DNA of 32,000 nt from Ilumatobacteraceae bacterium (GTDB lineage Bacteria > Actinomycetota > Acidimicrobiia > Acidimicrobiales > Ilumatobacteraceae), in assembly GCA_963695475.1 (NCBI GenBank), contig CAVOHA010000007.1:426549-458548 (forward strand). The letters are read 5' to 3'. The notes under the pieces are model-generated. The model did no database searches. It was given only the letters and a program-made list of their open reading frames with translations, and had not been told where the DNA came from. This document shows positions 7,545 to 16,391 of the stretch, one piece after another (position 1 is the first letter of the stretch; each line of letters begins with the position of its first letter). Made by a program: the position numbers and the translations under genes.

Positions 7545-9866
7545 ATGGCGACCGCCGACATTCAGACAGTTCCTCGTTCCGACTCGCCGAGTGCCGCCGA
7601 GCCCTCGACGATTGCGCTCTCCGAGGTCGGATCGTCCGATGTCCTCCTCGTGGGAGGCAAGGGCGCCAACCTGGGAGAGATGCTCGCGAGCGGCTTTCCC
7701 GTTCCCGACGGCTTCGTCGTGACCGCGGCCGCGTACCGACGGGTGGTCGACGAGTCGGGGATCCGACAGCGCCTCGCCGACATCACCGCAGCCGCGGCGA
7801 CGGCGGATGCCGGTGAGCTGACCGAACTGGCGCGCACGGCCCGCGACCTGCTGGGCGAGGTGTCGCTGCCCGATGACCTCATCGCCGAAGTGACGCGTAT
7901 GTACGCAGCCCATTGCGCCGGCGCGCTGGTCGCCGTGCGATCGTCCGCAACGGCCGAGGACACCGCGGAGACCTCCTTCGCGGGGATGAACGAGTCGTTC
8001 ACCAACGTCACCGCCGTCGACCTCCTCGATCGGCTGATCGACTGCTGGATCTCGCTGTTCGGTGAGCGTGTCGTGTCCTATCGAGCCGAACGCGGGCTGG
8101 CCGACGAGCCGGCGATCGCCGTGGTCGTCCAGCAGATGGTGAGTTCGGACCGCTCGGGCGTCATGTTCACCGCTGATCCGGCCCGCCGTGACCAGGTGAT
8201 GATCGAGGGTGCCTTCGGGCTGGGCGAGATCGTCGTGTCCGGCGCCGTCGAACCCGACACCTACCGCGTCGATCGGGAGTCGGTCGGCGTCCGTGAGATC
8301 CGCATCGGGCACAAGGCGGCGCGGATCGTGAGCGGTCCCGACGGCGATCGTCACGAGGTCGTCGAGGGGAGCGAAGCCTGGAGCCGGGTGCTGTCCGACG
8401 AGGAGATCCGGGCCGTCGCCTCGATCGGCCTCGACATCGAGCGGCACTACGGTGTCCCCCAGGACATCGAGTGGTCCTACGTCGGCGATCGTTTGTACAT
8501 CGTGCAGTCGCGGCCGATCACCACGCTCGACATGGAGGCCGACGTCGACGACGAGCCGCTGCTTCGCGGCCTGGGGGTCGGTACCCGATCCGGTGTCGGT
8601 GCGGTGCGGATCCTCACGTCCCCGGCCGACGGCCACCTGCTGGCCGACGGTGACGTGTTGGTGGCCGAGATGACATCGCCCGACTGGGTGCCGACCATGC
8701 GCCGTGCTGCGGCCCTCATCACCGATGCCGGGGGCAGCACGTGCCATGCGGCGATCGTCAGCCGCGAGCTGGGCCTCCCCGCTGTCGTCGGCACACGCTC
8801 GGCCACCGCCGACCTGCGCGACGGCGATGTGGTCACGGTCGACGCCCGCCGGGGCATGGTGTTCGCCGGTGGACAGCATGTCGCTGTCCCCACCGTGGTC
8901 GAGCGCAGCGCGCAGACCGTGACGACGGGTGCCGAGCCCCTCGCCACGCGGTTGTACGTGAACCTGGCGATCGCCGACCGGGCCGAGGAGATCGCGGCGC
9001 TCGATGTCGACGGCGTGGGCCTGCTGCGCGGCGAGTTCATGGTGACCGAAGCGCTTGCCGGCCGTCATCCACGTGCGCTGATCGCGAGCGGTGGACAGGG
9101 CGAGTTCGTCGACCGCATGTCGTCGCAGCTCGGTCGCATCGCGTCGGCGTTCGCGCCGCGGCCGGTCGTGTACCGGACGATGGACTTCCGGTCCAACGAG
9201 TTCCGGGGGCTCGAGGGCGGTGAGCAGTACGAACCGCTCGAACAGAACCCGATGATCGGCTACCGCGGGTGCTATCGCTACCTCCACGACACCGAGACCT
9301 TCGCGCTCGAACTCGAGACGCTCGCTCGGGTCCGCGAGGCGTCGCCCAACCTGCACGTGATGATCCCGTTCGTCCGCACGAAGTGGGAGCTCGAAGCGTG
9401 TCTCGAAGCGATGGCGCAGAGCCGACTCGGTCGCCAAACCGGTCTGCGGACCTGGGTCATGGCCGAGGTGCCGTCGGTCATCCCACGGATCGCGGAGTAC
9501 GCGGCGCTCGGGATCGACGGCGTGTCGATCGGGTCCAACGACCTCACGCAACTGATGCTCGGCGTCGATCGTGACTCCGAGGTGCTGGCCGAGCTGTTCG
9601 ACGCTCGCGACACCGCGGTGCTGTGGGCGATCGAGCAGATCATCTCGGCGTGCCATCGTGCCGGGATCACGTCGTCGCTGTGCGGCTTGGCGCCGTCGTC
9701 CGATCCGGAGTTCGCGGAACTCCTGGTGCGGATGGGGATCACGTCGATTTCGGTCGACGCCGACGCGGTCGGGCCGGCCCGACGAGTCCTCGCGTCCGCT
9801 GAACGGCGAATCCTGCTCGAGCACGCGAGATCCCGGCCGATCACCGGCGACGGGAGCAGTGGGTGA
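7545..9866 (+). CDS. ppsA: Phosphoenolpyruvate synthase (pyruvate, water dikinase)
   Basis: N-terminal ATP-grasp region ([23 protein letters not shown]). Phosphohistidine swivel motif [22 protein letters not shown]-terminal PEP/pyruvate TIM barrel (IGSNDLTQL, catalytic-Cys loop SSLCGLAPS). 773 aa. Confidence 0.9.
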   Translation: MATADIQTVPRSDSPSAAEPSTIALSEVGSSDVLLVGGKGANLGEMLASGFPVPDGFVVTAAAYRRVVDESGIRQRLADITAAAATADAGELTELARTARDLLGEVSLPDDLIAEVTRMYAAHCAGALVAVRSSATAEDTAETSFAGMNESFTNVTAVDLLDRLIDCWISLFGERVVSYRAERGLADEPAIAVVVQQMVSSDRSGVMFTADPARRDQVMIEGAFGLGEIVVSGAVEPDTYRVDRESVGVREIRIGHKAARIVSGPDGDRHEVVEGSEAWSRVLSDEEIRAVASIGLDIERHYGVPQDIEWSYVGDRLYIVQSRPITTLDMEADVDDEPLLRGLGVGTRSGVGAVRILTSPADGHLLADGDVLVAEMTSPDWVPTMRRAAALITDAGGSTCHAAIVSRELGLPAVVGTRSATADLRDGDVVTVDARRGMVFAGGQHVAVPTVVERSAQTVTTGAEPLATRLYVNLAIADRAEEIAALDVDGVGLLRGEFMVTEALAGRHPRALIASGGQGEFVDRMSSQLGRIASAFAPRPVVYRTMDFRSNEFRGLEGGEQYEPLEQNPMIGYRGCYRYLHDTETFALELETLARVREASPNLHVMIPFVRTKWELEACLEAMAQSRLGRQTGLRTWVMAEVPSVIPRIAEYAALGIDGVSIGSNDLTQLMLGVDRDSEVLAELFDARDTAVLWAIEQIISACHRAGITSSLCGLAPSSDPEFAELLVRMGITSISVDADAVGPARRVLASAERRILLEHARSRPITGDGSSG

Positions 9867-12664
9867 TGACCACCGAGGTCTGGCAGGTGGCGCGTGGCGA
9901 ACTCGGGCTCGCATCGGACGCGAACGACGTGAACATCGCGGACCTGGCCGTGTCGCGCCACGTGCGCGCCGGCCGCGGGGAGCAGACCGCCCTGCGGTGG
10001 TTCTCGCGCGACGACCTCGACACCGAGCGCCCGGTCGACATCACGTACGCGATGCTCGAACACCGCATCAACCGATTCGCCGGTGGGCTGCACCGCCACG
10101 GCTTCGACCCCGGGTCCGGTGTGGCAACGCTCGCCGGGCGCATTCCGGAGCTGTACGTCGCGGCGCTCGGCACGCTGCGCGCCCAGTGCGTGTACTCGCC
10201 GTTGTTCAGCGCGTTCGGCCCGGAGCCGATCGCGCAGCGGCTCGCGATCGGCAAGATCCGCGTCCTGGTCACGACGCCGGTGCAGTACCGACGCAAGGTG
10301 ACGAAGATCCTCGACCGCCTCCCCAGCCTCGAGCTCGTGTTGATCATCGGCGCCGACGAGGGCTCGTTGCCCGATCCCCCCGACACCCGAACGACCGTGA
10401 TGTCGTTCGGTCGCTTCGTCGGCGAGGGCCACGATGTGTACGCCGCCGCCGCCACTGCCCCCGACACGCCGTCGCTCCTGCACTTCACGAGCGGCACGAC
10501 GGGGGCGCCGAAGGGAGCGGTCCACGTGCACGAAGCGGCGGTTGCGCACTACGCCACGGCGCGGTCGGTGCTCGACCTGCACAACGGTGACGTGTACTGG
10601 TGCACCGCCGACCCCGGATGGGTGACCGGTACCTCGTACGGCATCGTCGCCCCGCTGCTGCACGGCGTCACGTCGATCATCGACGAAGCCGACTTCGATG
10701 CGGCGCGGTGGTATCGGATCCTGCGGGACCAGGCCGTCAACGTGTTCTACACCGCACCGACCGCGATCAGGATGCTCGAACGCGTCGGCGACGACGCGCA
10801 ACCCGGCGACTTCCCGGCGTTGCGGCTGGTGGCGAGCGTCGGTGAGCCACTCGACGCGGAGTCGGTGCTCTGGGCGCAGCAGGTGTTCCGGGTGCCCGTG
10901 CTCGACACGTGGTGGCAGACCGAGACGGGAGCGATCATGATCGCCAACCGCAAGGATGACGAGGTCCGGCCCGGGTCGATGGGCCGTCCGGTCGACGGGA
11001 TCACGGCGACGCTGCTCGAACGAGATGCGCAGGGCGAGTTGATCCTCGGTCCGGAGGGGGCGGCGCGCGAGGTGGTCGAGCCGGGAGCGACCGGCGAGAT
11101 CGCCGTGCGCGCCGGGTGGCCGTCGATGTTCCGCGGCTACCTCGACCGTGACGAGAAGTACCGGTCCTGCTTCGTCGAGGCGGGTGATGGTGCCGACGGG
11201 GATTGGTACCGATCGGGCGACCTCGCCCGACGTGACGAGGACGGCTACTTCTGGTTCGTCGGCCGCGGTGACGACGTGATCAAGACCGCCGGACACCTGA
11301 TCGGGCCGTTCGAGGTCGAGGCGGTGCTGGACGAGCACCCCGCAGTGGTCGAATCCGGGGTGATCGGCAAACCCGACCCGACGGCGGGAGCGGTGATCAA
11401 GGCGTTCGTCGTCCTCCACCGCGGTCACGAACCGAGCGCGGAGTTGCACACCGATCTCATGGCGCACTGTCGGCGTCGTCTCGGCGCGGCGGTGTCGCCG
11501 CGCGAGATCGAGTTCGCCGACTCGCTCCCGCACACCCGCAGCGGCAAGATCATGCGGCGGGTCCTGCGGGCCCGCGAGCTGGGCGAAGACGAAGGCGACA
11601 CGTCGACACTCGAGACCGTCCCGTCCACGACGGGGGCCCGAACGATGACGCGCTTTCGACTCGACGGTGTCACCGCAGACGAAGCCCGCGGATTGCTCGG
11701 TGACATGATCCGAGTCCGGGTGTTCGAAGAACGGTGCGCCGAGTTGTACGCCGAGTCGAAGATCCGGGGGTTCTTGCATCTCTACATCGGCGAGGAGGCG
11801 GTGGCGGCCGGCGTGATCGGTGCGCTCGATCCGGCGGACAACGTCCTCGCCACGTACCGCGAGCACGCGCACGCCCTGCTGCGTGGTGTCCCCGCCGAAT
11901 CGATCATGTCCGAGATGTTCGGCAGGGCGACCGGGTGCTCGGGCGGGCGGGGTGGCTCGATGCACCTGTTCGACGAGTCGACCCGCTTCTACGGCGGCAA
12001 TGCGATCGTCGGCGGGCACCTCCCACTCGCCGTCGGCCTGGCGTTGGCCGATCAGATGCTGCACCGTCGAGCCGCCACCGTGTGCTTCTTCGGCGAGGGT
12101 GCGATGGCCGAGGGGGAATTCCACGAGGCGATCAACCTCGCCGCGCTGTGGAACCTCCCGGTCCTGTTCTGCTGCGAGAACAATCGTTACGCGATGGGCA
12201 CATCGCTCGAATCCAGTGAGTCGCAGGTCGACCTCGCGCTCAAGGCGGCGGCCTACGCGATTCCGGCCTGGGTGGTCGACGGGATGGATCCGTTGGAGGT
12301 CCGTCGCGCGGCGCGCCGCGCGCTGGCGACGATCGAGGCGGGCGGAGGCCCGGTGTTCATCGAGTTCCAGACGTATCGGTTCCGGGCGCACTCGATGTTC
12401 GACCCCGATCTGTACCGGGACCCCGCCGAGATCGAGTACTGGAAGCAACGGGACCCGATCGACGTCCTCGGCCGGTGGCTCGCCGCCGAGGAGCTGGTCA
12501 CGACCGCCGAGGTCGACGCACTGTGGGAACGGGCACGATCCGAGACCGATCAGGCGGTGGTCGCGGCCGACGCTGCGCCACTCGAACCCGTCGAGGGGCT
12601 GCTCGAACACGTCACCGCGGCTCGTGCCGGCCGACACGGAGAGGAGCGGAACGATGTCCACTGA
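9866..12664 (+). CDS. In-frame fusion: AcsA-type AMP-forming acetyl/acyl-CoA synthetase (N-terminal, about 9866-11614) joined to the TPP-dependent 2-oxoacid (pyruvate/acetoin-type) dehydrogenase E1 alpha subunit (C-terminal, 11645-12664)
   Basis: Synthetase motifs: [64 protein letters not shown] 10-aa linker [10 protein letters not shown] follows with no in-frame stop. E1alpha motifs then appear: [54 protein letters not shown]. The start ATG at 9866 (or GTG at 9863) overlaps the ppsA TGA. Confidence 0.8.
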   Translation: MTTEVWQVARGELGLASDANDVNIADLAVSRHVRAGRGEQTALRWFSRDDLDTERPVDITYAMLEHRINRFAGGLHRHGFDPGSGVATLAGRIPELYVAALGTLRAQCVYSPLFSAFGPEPIAQRLAIGKIRVLVTTPVQYRRKVTKILDRLPSLELVLIIGADEGSLPDPPDTRTTVMSFGRFVGEGHDVYAAAATAPDTPSLLHFTSGTTGAPKGAVHVHEAAVAHYATARSVLDLHNGDVYWCTADPGWVTGTSYGIVAPLLHGVTSIIDEADFDAARWYRILRDQAVNVFYTAPTAIRMLERVGDDAQPGDFPALRLVASVGEPLDAESVLWAQQVFRVPVLDTWWQTETGAIMIANRKDDEVRPGSMGRPVDGITATLLERDAQGELILGPEGAAREVVEPGATGEIAVRAGWPSMFRGYLDRDEKYRSCFVEAGDGADGDWYRSGDLARRDEDGYFWFVGRGDDVIKTAGHLIGPFEVEAVLDEHPAVVESGVIGKPDPTAGAVIKAFVVLHRGHEPSAELHTDLMAHCRRRLGAAVSPREIEFADSLPHTRSGKIMRRVLRARELGEDEGDTSTLETVPSTTGARTMTRFRLDGVTADEARGLLGDMIRVRVFEERCAELYAESKIRGFLHLYIGEEAVAAGVIGALDPADNVLATYREHAHALLRGVPAESIMSEMFGRATGCSGGRGGSMHLFDESTRFYGGNAIVGGHLPLAVGLALADQMLHRRAATVCFFGEGAMAEGEFHEAINLAALWNLPVLFCCENNRYAMGTSLESSESQVDLALKAAAYAIPAWVVDGMDPLEVRRAARRALATIEAGGGPVFIEFQTYRFRAHSMFDPDLYRDPAEIEYWKQRDPIDVLGRWLAAEELVTTAEVDALWERARSETDQAVVAADAAPLEPVEGLLEHVTAARAGRHGEERNDVH

Positions 12665-13679
12665 CACGGCCTCCGACGTCGTCGAGACAGGGCCGGTTCT
12701 GGAAACGACGTACCGCGAGGCGATGCGGCTGGCGATCCGTGAGGCACTGGAGACCGACGACCGTGTGATCGTGCTCGGTGAGGACGTCGCCGACTACGGC
12801 GGCACGTATGCGGTGACCAAGGGCCTCCACGAGGAATTCGGACGCGACCGCGTGCGCAACACACCGCTGTCCGAGTCCGGCTTCGTCGGTGCCGGCATCG
12901 GCGCAGCGCTCGGCGGGCTCCGGCCGATCGTCGAGATCATGACCGTCAACTTCAGCCTGTTGGCGCTCGACCAGATCGTCAACACGGCGGCCACGCTGCT
13001 CCACATGTCGGGCGGGCAGTTCAACGTCCCGGTCGTGATTCGGATGACCACCGGCGCGGGTCGGCAGTTGGCGGCGCAGCATTCTCACAGCCTCGAGGGC
13101 TGGTACGCACACGTTCCCGGGTTGAAGGTCGTCGCCCCGGCGACCGTTGCAGACGCACGGTGGATGTTGCCGACGGCGCTGGCCGACCCGAACCCCGTGA
13201 TCATCTTCGAGCACAACGCGCTGTACGGCATGAAGGGAACGCTCGATCCGGACGGATCGCCCGTCGACCTCGAGACGGCCGCGATTCGTCGCCGGGGCGA
13301 CGATGTCACCCTGGTGGCGAGCGGCGGCATGGTCCCCAAGGCGCTCGCCGCCGCGGCGACGCTCGCCGAACGCGGCGTGTCGGCCGAGGTGGTCGATCTC
13401 CGATCGCTGCGCCCACTCGATGTCGCGACGCTCGAGACGTCGGTGACCAGGACACACCATGCGGTCGTCGTCGACGAGGGCTGGCGGACCGGTGGGTTGA
13501 GCGCGGAACTGTCCGCCGTGATCACCGAGGCGTGCTTCTGGACGCTCGACGCTCCGGTGCGCCGGGTGGCGGCCGCCGAAGTACCGATCCCGTACGCCAA
13601 GCACTTGGAGGACCACGCGATTCCCCAAGCGGACGACATCGTGGTCGCGGCCGTCGAACTCCTCGAGGAGGGCGCGTGA
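12654..13679 (+). CDS. 2-oxoacid dehydrogenase E1 component beta subunit
   Basis: [65 protein letters not shown] is the canonical PdhB/AcoB N-terminus, and a transketolase C-terminal-like region follows. GGAGAGGAG Shine-Dalgarno. The start overlaps the upstream gene by 11 nt. Confidence 0.9.
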   Translation: MSTDTASDVVETGPVLETTYREAMRLAIREALETDDRVIVLGEDVADYGGTYAVTKGLHEEFGRDRVRNTPLSESGFVGAGIGAALGGLRPIVEIMTVNFSLLALDQIVNTAATLLHMSGGQFNVPVVIRMTTGAGRQLAAQHSHSLEGWYAHVPGLKVVAPATVADARWMLPTALADPNPVIIFEHNALYGMKGTLDPDGSPVDLETAAIRRRGDDVTLVASGGMVPKALAAAATLAERGVSAEVVDLRSLRPLDVATLETSVTRTHHAVVVDEGWRTGGLSAELSAVITEACFWTLDAPVRRVAAAEVPIPYAKHLEDHAIPQADDIVVAAVELLEEGA

Positions 13680-14854
13680 GCGACGCAGGGGTCACGACCG
13701 CCGCGGCGGCGACCGCGACGTCCGAAACCGAGTCGTCGATCGAGTACGCGATGCCGTCCCTCGGCGCGGACATGGAGGAGGGTGCGGTCGTCGAGTGGCT
13801 GGTCGCCGTCGGCGATCACGTCGAGCGAGGACAGGTGGTCGCACGCGTCGAGACCGAGAAGTCCGACATCGACATCGAGATCTGGCACGAGGGGATCGTC
13901 GACGAGATCCTCGTGCCGACGCACCGCACGGTCCCCGTCGGGACCCCCCTCCTGCGGTTCCACGCCGCCGGAGCAGCCGTGGACCGGCCCGCGACGCTCG
14001 ACCCGGTCTCCTCCGGCGTCATCCGCGCCACACCGTTCGCACGCCGGCTCGCTGCGGATCGCGGCGTCGAACTGCGTGACATCGCCGGCACCGGGCCCGG
14101 TGGCGCGGTGCGTGCGCGCGACGTGCCCGATGTGTCCGTGCCCGTGGCGAGTCCGGCGCCGACGCCCGCCGTGCCGCGGGAGCACCGCGGCGAGCGGATG
14201 CGAACGGTCATCGCGCAGCGGATGGACCGGTCGAATCGTGACATCCCGCAGTATCGGTTGGAACGGACGGTCGACCTCGATGCGCTGCTCCGTCACCTCG
14301 CCGCCATCAACGAGGACCGCCCGGTGGCGGAGCGGATCGTGCCGGCCGCAGCATTCGTTCGAGCTGTCGCCCTGGCCGCCGGACGTCATCGAGCGCTCAA
14401 CGGGACGTGGATCGACGACGGCTTCCAGCCCGGACCCGCCGTGAACGTGTCGATCGCGATCTCGCTGCGCACCGGTGGACTCGTCACGCCGACGATCCCC
14501 GATGCCGACCGCCTGTCGCTCGACGACACGATGGCACGGATCCGCGAGTACACGACGGCGGCGAGGTCCGGGACGCTGCGATCCGAGTGGACGCGTGCCG
14601 ACAGCACGATCACCGTGACCAACCTCGGCGACCGCGGCGCCGACCTCGTGCACGGGTTGATCTCACCACCGGAGGTGGCGCTCGTGGGGTTCGGACGGAT
14701 CCTCGAACGTCCGTGGGTGGTCGACGGCGCGGTCGTCCCGAGACCCGTCGTCCACGTCACCCTCGCTGCCGACCACCGCGCAACCGACGGCGCGGTCGGC
14801 AGCCGCTTCTTGTCCACTCTCACCCGCATCCTGGAGGAGCCCGATCAGACATGA
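13676..14854 (+). CDS. Dihydrolipoamide acyltransferase (E2) with one lipoyl domain
   Basis: The GTG start overlaps the E1beta stop (GTGA). Lipoyl domain [18 protein letters not shown]...[11 protein letters not shown], with a lipoyl-lysine context. Peripheral subunit-binding domain [33 protein letters not shown]. Catalytic domain with DHRATDG. Confidence 0.85.
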   Translation: MSDAGVTTAAAATATSETESSIEYAMPSLGADMEEGAVVEWLVAVGDHVERGQVVARVETEKSDIDIEIWHEGIVDEILVPTHRTVPVGTPLLRFHAAGAAVDRPATLDPVSSGVIRATPFARRLAADRGVELRDIAGTGPGGAVRARDVPDVSVPVASPAPTPAVPREHRGERMRTVIAQRMDRSNRDIPQYRLERTVDLDALLRHLAAINEDRPVAERIVPAAAFVRAVALAAGRHRALNGTWIDDGFQPGPAVNVSIAISLRTGGLVTPTIPDADRLSLDDTMARIREYTTAARSGTLRSEWTRADSTITVTNLGDRGADLVHGLISPPEVALVGFGRILERPWVVDGAVVPRPVVHVTLAADHRATDGAVGSRFLSTLTRILEEPDQT

Positions 14855-15111
14855 GCAACGACACCGCGACCATCCGACTGCGGCGCGCGATCGACGATGC
14901 GATCTCGGCCGTCGCGCCCGACGTGACCGACGAACTCGCCGACCTCGATCCGGATGTCGACCTGTTCGAGGAGTTCGGACTCGACTCGATGGACCGCCTC
15001 AACATCATGACAGCGCTCGCGCAGTCGACCGGCGTCGAGATCTCCGACGACCGGTATCCCTGGCTGACGTCGATCAACCGCCTGCTGGCCGAGTTGTCGT
15101 CGGCCCGGTGA
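14851..15111 (+). CDS. Acyl carrier protein-like (phosphopantetheine-binding) protein, 86 aa
   Basis: The ATG overlaps the E2 TGA (ATGA). An acidic four-helix-sized protein with the carrier-protein serine motif LFEEFGLDSMDRLNIMTAL. Confidence 0.7.
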   Translation: MSNDTATIRLRRAIDDAISAVAPDVTDELADLDPDVDLFEEFGLDSMDRLNIMTALAQSTGVEISDDRYPWLTSINRLLAELSSAR

Positions 15112-15937
15112 TCACGAAGGCGACACCCGGGGCGGGTGCGGGAGGCGGAAGACGAGCACGGGGCACGGCGCGTGGCGAACGAAACCGGATGTGACGCTGC
15201 CCATCGTCAGCCGGGACAGACCGCTGCGCCCGTGGGACGACGCAACGATCAGCGACGCGTGGTGTCGCTGCGCGTAGGCGCACACCGCAGCGACCGGGTG
15301 CCCATCGTGCAACTCGTCGAACTCGACCGAGTGGTCGGACGCCTCGCGTAGCTCGCTGGCCAGTCGGGCGAGGTAGACGGCGTCGGTCGCCTCCCCACCG
15401 TCACCCGGTGTGGACGAGCCCGTCGCGTGGACGATCCACGGTGTGGTCCCCAGCTCGACCGCCCAGGCCACACCCAGTGGCACGGCCGCCTCTGACGCCT
15501 CCGAACCGTCGACCGTGATCACGAGGGGGCCGCAGAAGTCGTCGGGTTCGGCCTGCGGGCCCACCAGGACGATCGGGCCGAACGAGTGCCGAAGGATCTG
15601 ATCGGCGACGCTTCCGACCACTGCGGCGGAGCGCCCCTTTCCGTGCGACGCCATCACGACGAGAACGTCGGGCACCGACTCGACCAGCGCGCTGATCGTT
15701 TCGCCGACGGACCTCGCGCTCGAGCTGGACGTTCGTCGTCACCGGGACGTCCATCGGCGCGCGTCGATCGATGTCCACCGCCAACTGCTCGCGAGCGAGG
15801 TCTGCATCGACGGGATCCGACTCGACCTGCACCACCTCGACCTTGGCGTCGAACCGCCGCGCCAACGCGATGGCGACGTCGAAGCCGCGCCACGAAGCAG
15901 CCGATCCATCGATCGGCACGATGATGTGCGTGGCCAT
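15112..15937 (-). pseudogene. Tandem universal stress protein interrupted by a frameshift near 15709-15738
   Basis: After a GGAGGGGAG Shine-Dalgarno, ATG 15937-15935 starts MATHIIVPIDGSAASWRGFDVAIALARR...VTTNVQLERE. That frame then turns into Arg-rich nonsense. The USP sequence continues in the adjacent frame as SVGETISALVESVPDVLVVMASHGKGRS...LVGP, followed by a complete second USP domain that ends CPVLVF. This could be a real frameshift or a sequencing indel. Confidence 0.6.
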
Positions 15938-16142
15938 GTCGCTCCCCTCCGATACTCGGGCGTTCCGCGGGTCCACATCCAGATACGCGCGTTCGAGGTC
16001 GTGCCGCCAGGTCCGTTGGTCACTTCGGCGTCGTTTCGGCGTCACGACGCAGGGACATTCGGCCCTTGCCGTCGACGTCGCGTCGCGCGATCAATCGAGA
16101 CAGAGCCGACACGTCGCATGTCGGCAGGAAGGTGACCGAACG

Positions 16143-16391
16143 ATGTGTTTCACCGAGCCCGGATGTGTGCAGTCGATCGACGGTTCCATGGTTCGCGTCG
16201 ACACCGTGCACGGAGTGTGCGACGCATCGACACGGATGGTCGAGGCCGCCGGCACGACCGTCACGCCCGGCGACTGGGTGCTGATGTCGCTCGGCCTGGT
16301 CGTCGACGTCGTCGACGAAGCCGAAGGACGTGCGCTGCTCGAGCAGATGCGCGAACTGCACATGGGGGTCGAGCCATGGCCGATTCCGTGA
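16143..16391 (+). CDS. hypC: HypC/HybG/HupF-family [NiFe]-hydrogenase maturation chaperone
   Basis: The N-terminus begins with the obligatory Met-Cys: MCFTEPGCVQSIDGSMVRVD. It is followed by GDWVLMSLGLVVDVVDEAEG, matching the HypC pattern MC.(G/A).PG....(I/V)D ... GD(W/Y)VL.H.G.A. 82 aa. Confidence 0.75.
   Translation: MCFTEPGCVQSIDGSMVRVDTVHGVCDASTRMVEAAGTTVTPGDWVLMSLGLVVDVVDEAEGRALLEQMRELHMGVEPWPIP

Noticed and set aside
11645-12664. Annotating E1alpha as a separate gene starting at the internal ATG 11645
   Set aside because: No stop codon terminates the upstream synthetase frame, so the sequence as given encodes a fusion. I kept it as one CDS and flagged the possible indel or internal initiation as a finding instead.
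7527-12667. Very long antisense ORFs (7527..9914 minus, 795 aa; 9278..12667 minus, 1129 aa; also 20745..23462 minus, 905 aa)
   Set aside because: They lie exactly opposite genes with strong, motif-rich homology (ppsA, acs-E1alpha, hyhL). Their translations are Arg/Pro/Gly/Asp-rich low-complexity strings with no recognisable motifs. Long stop-free antisense frames are the expected artefact of about 70% GC DNA.
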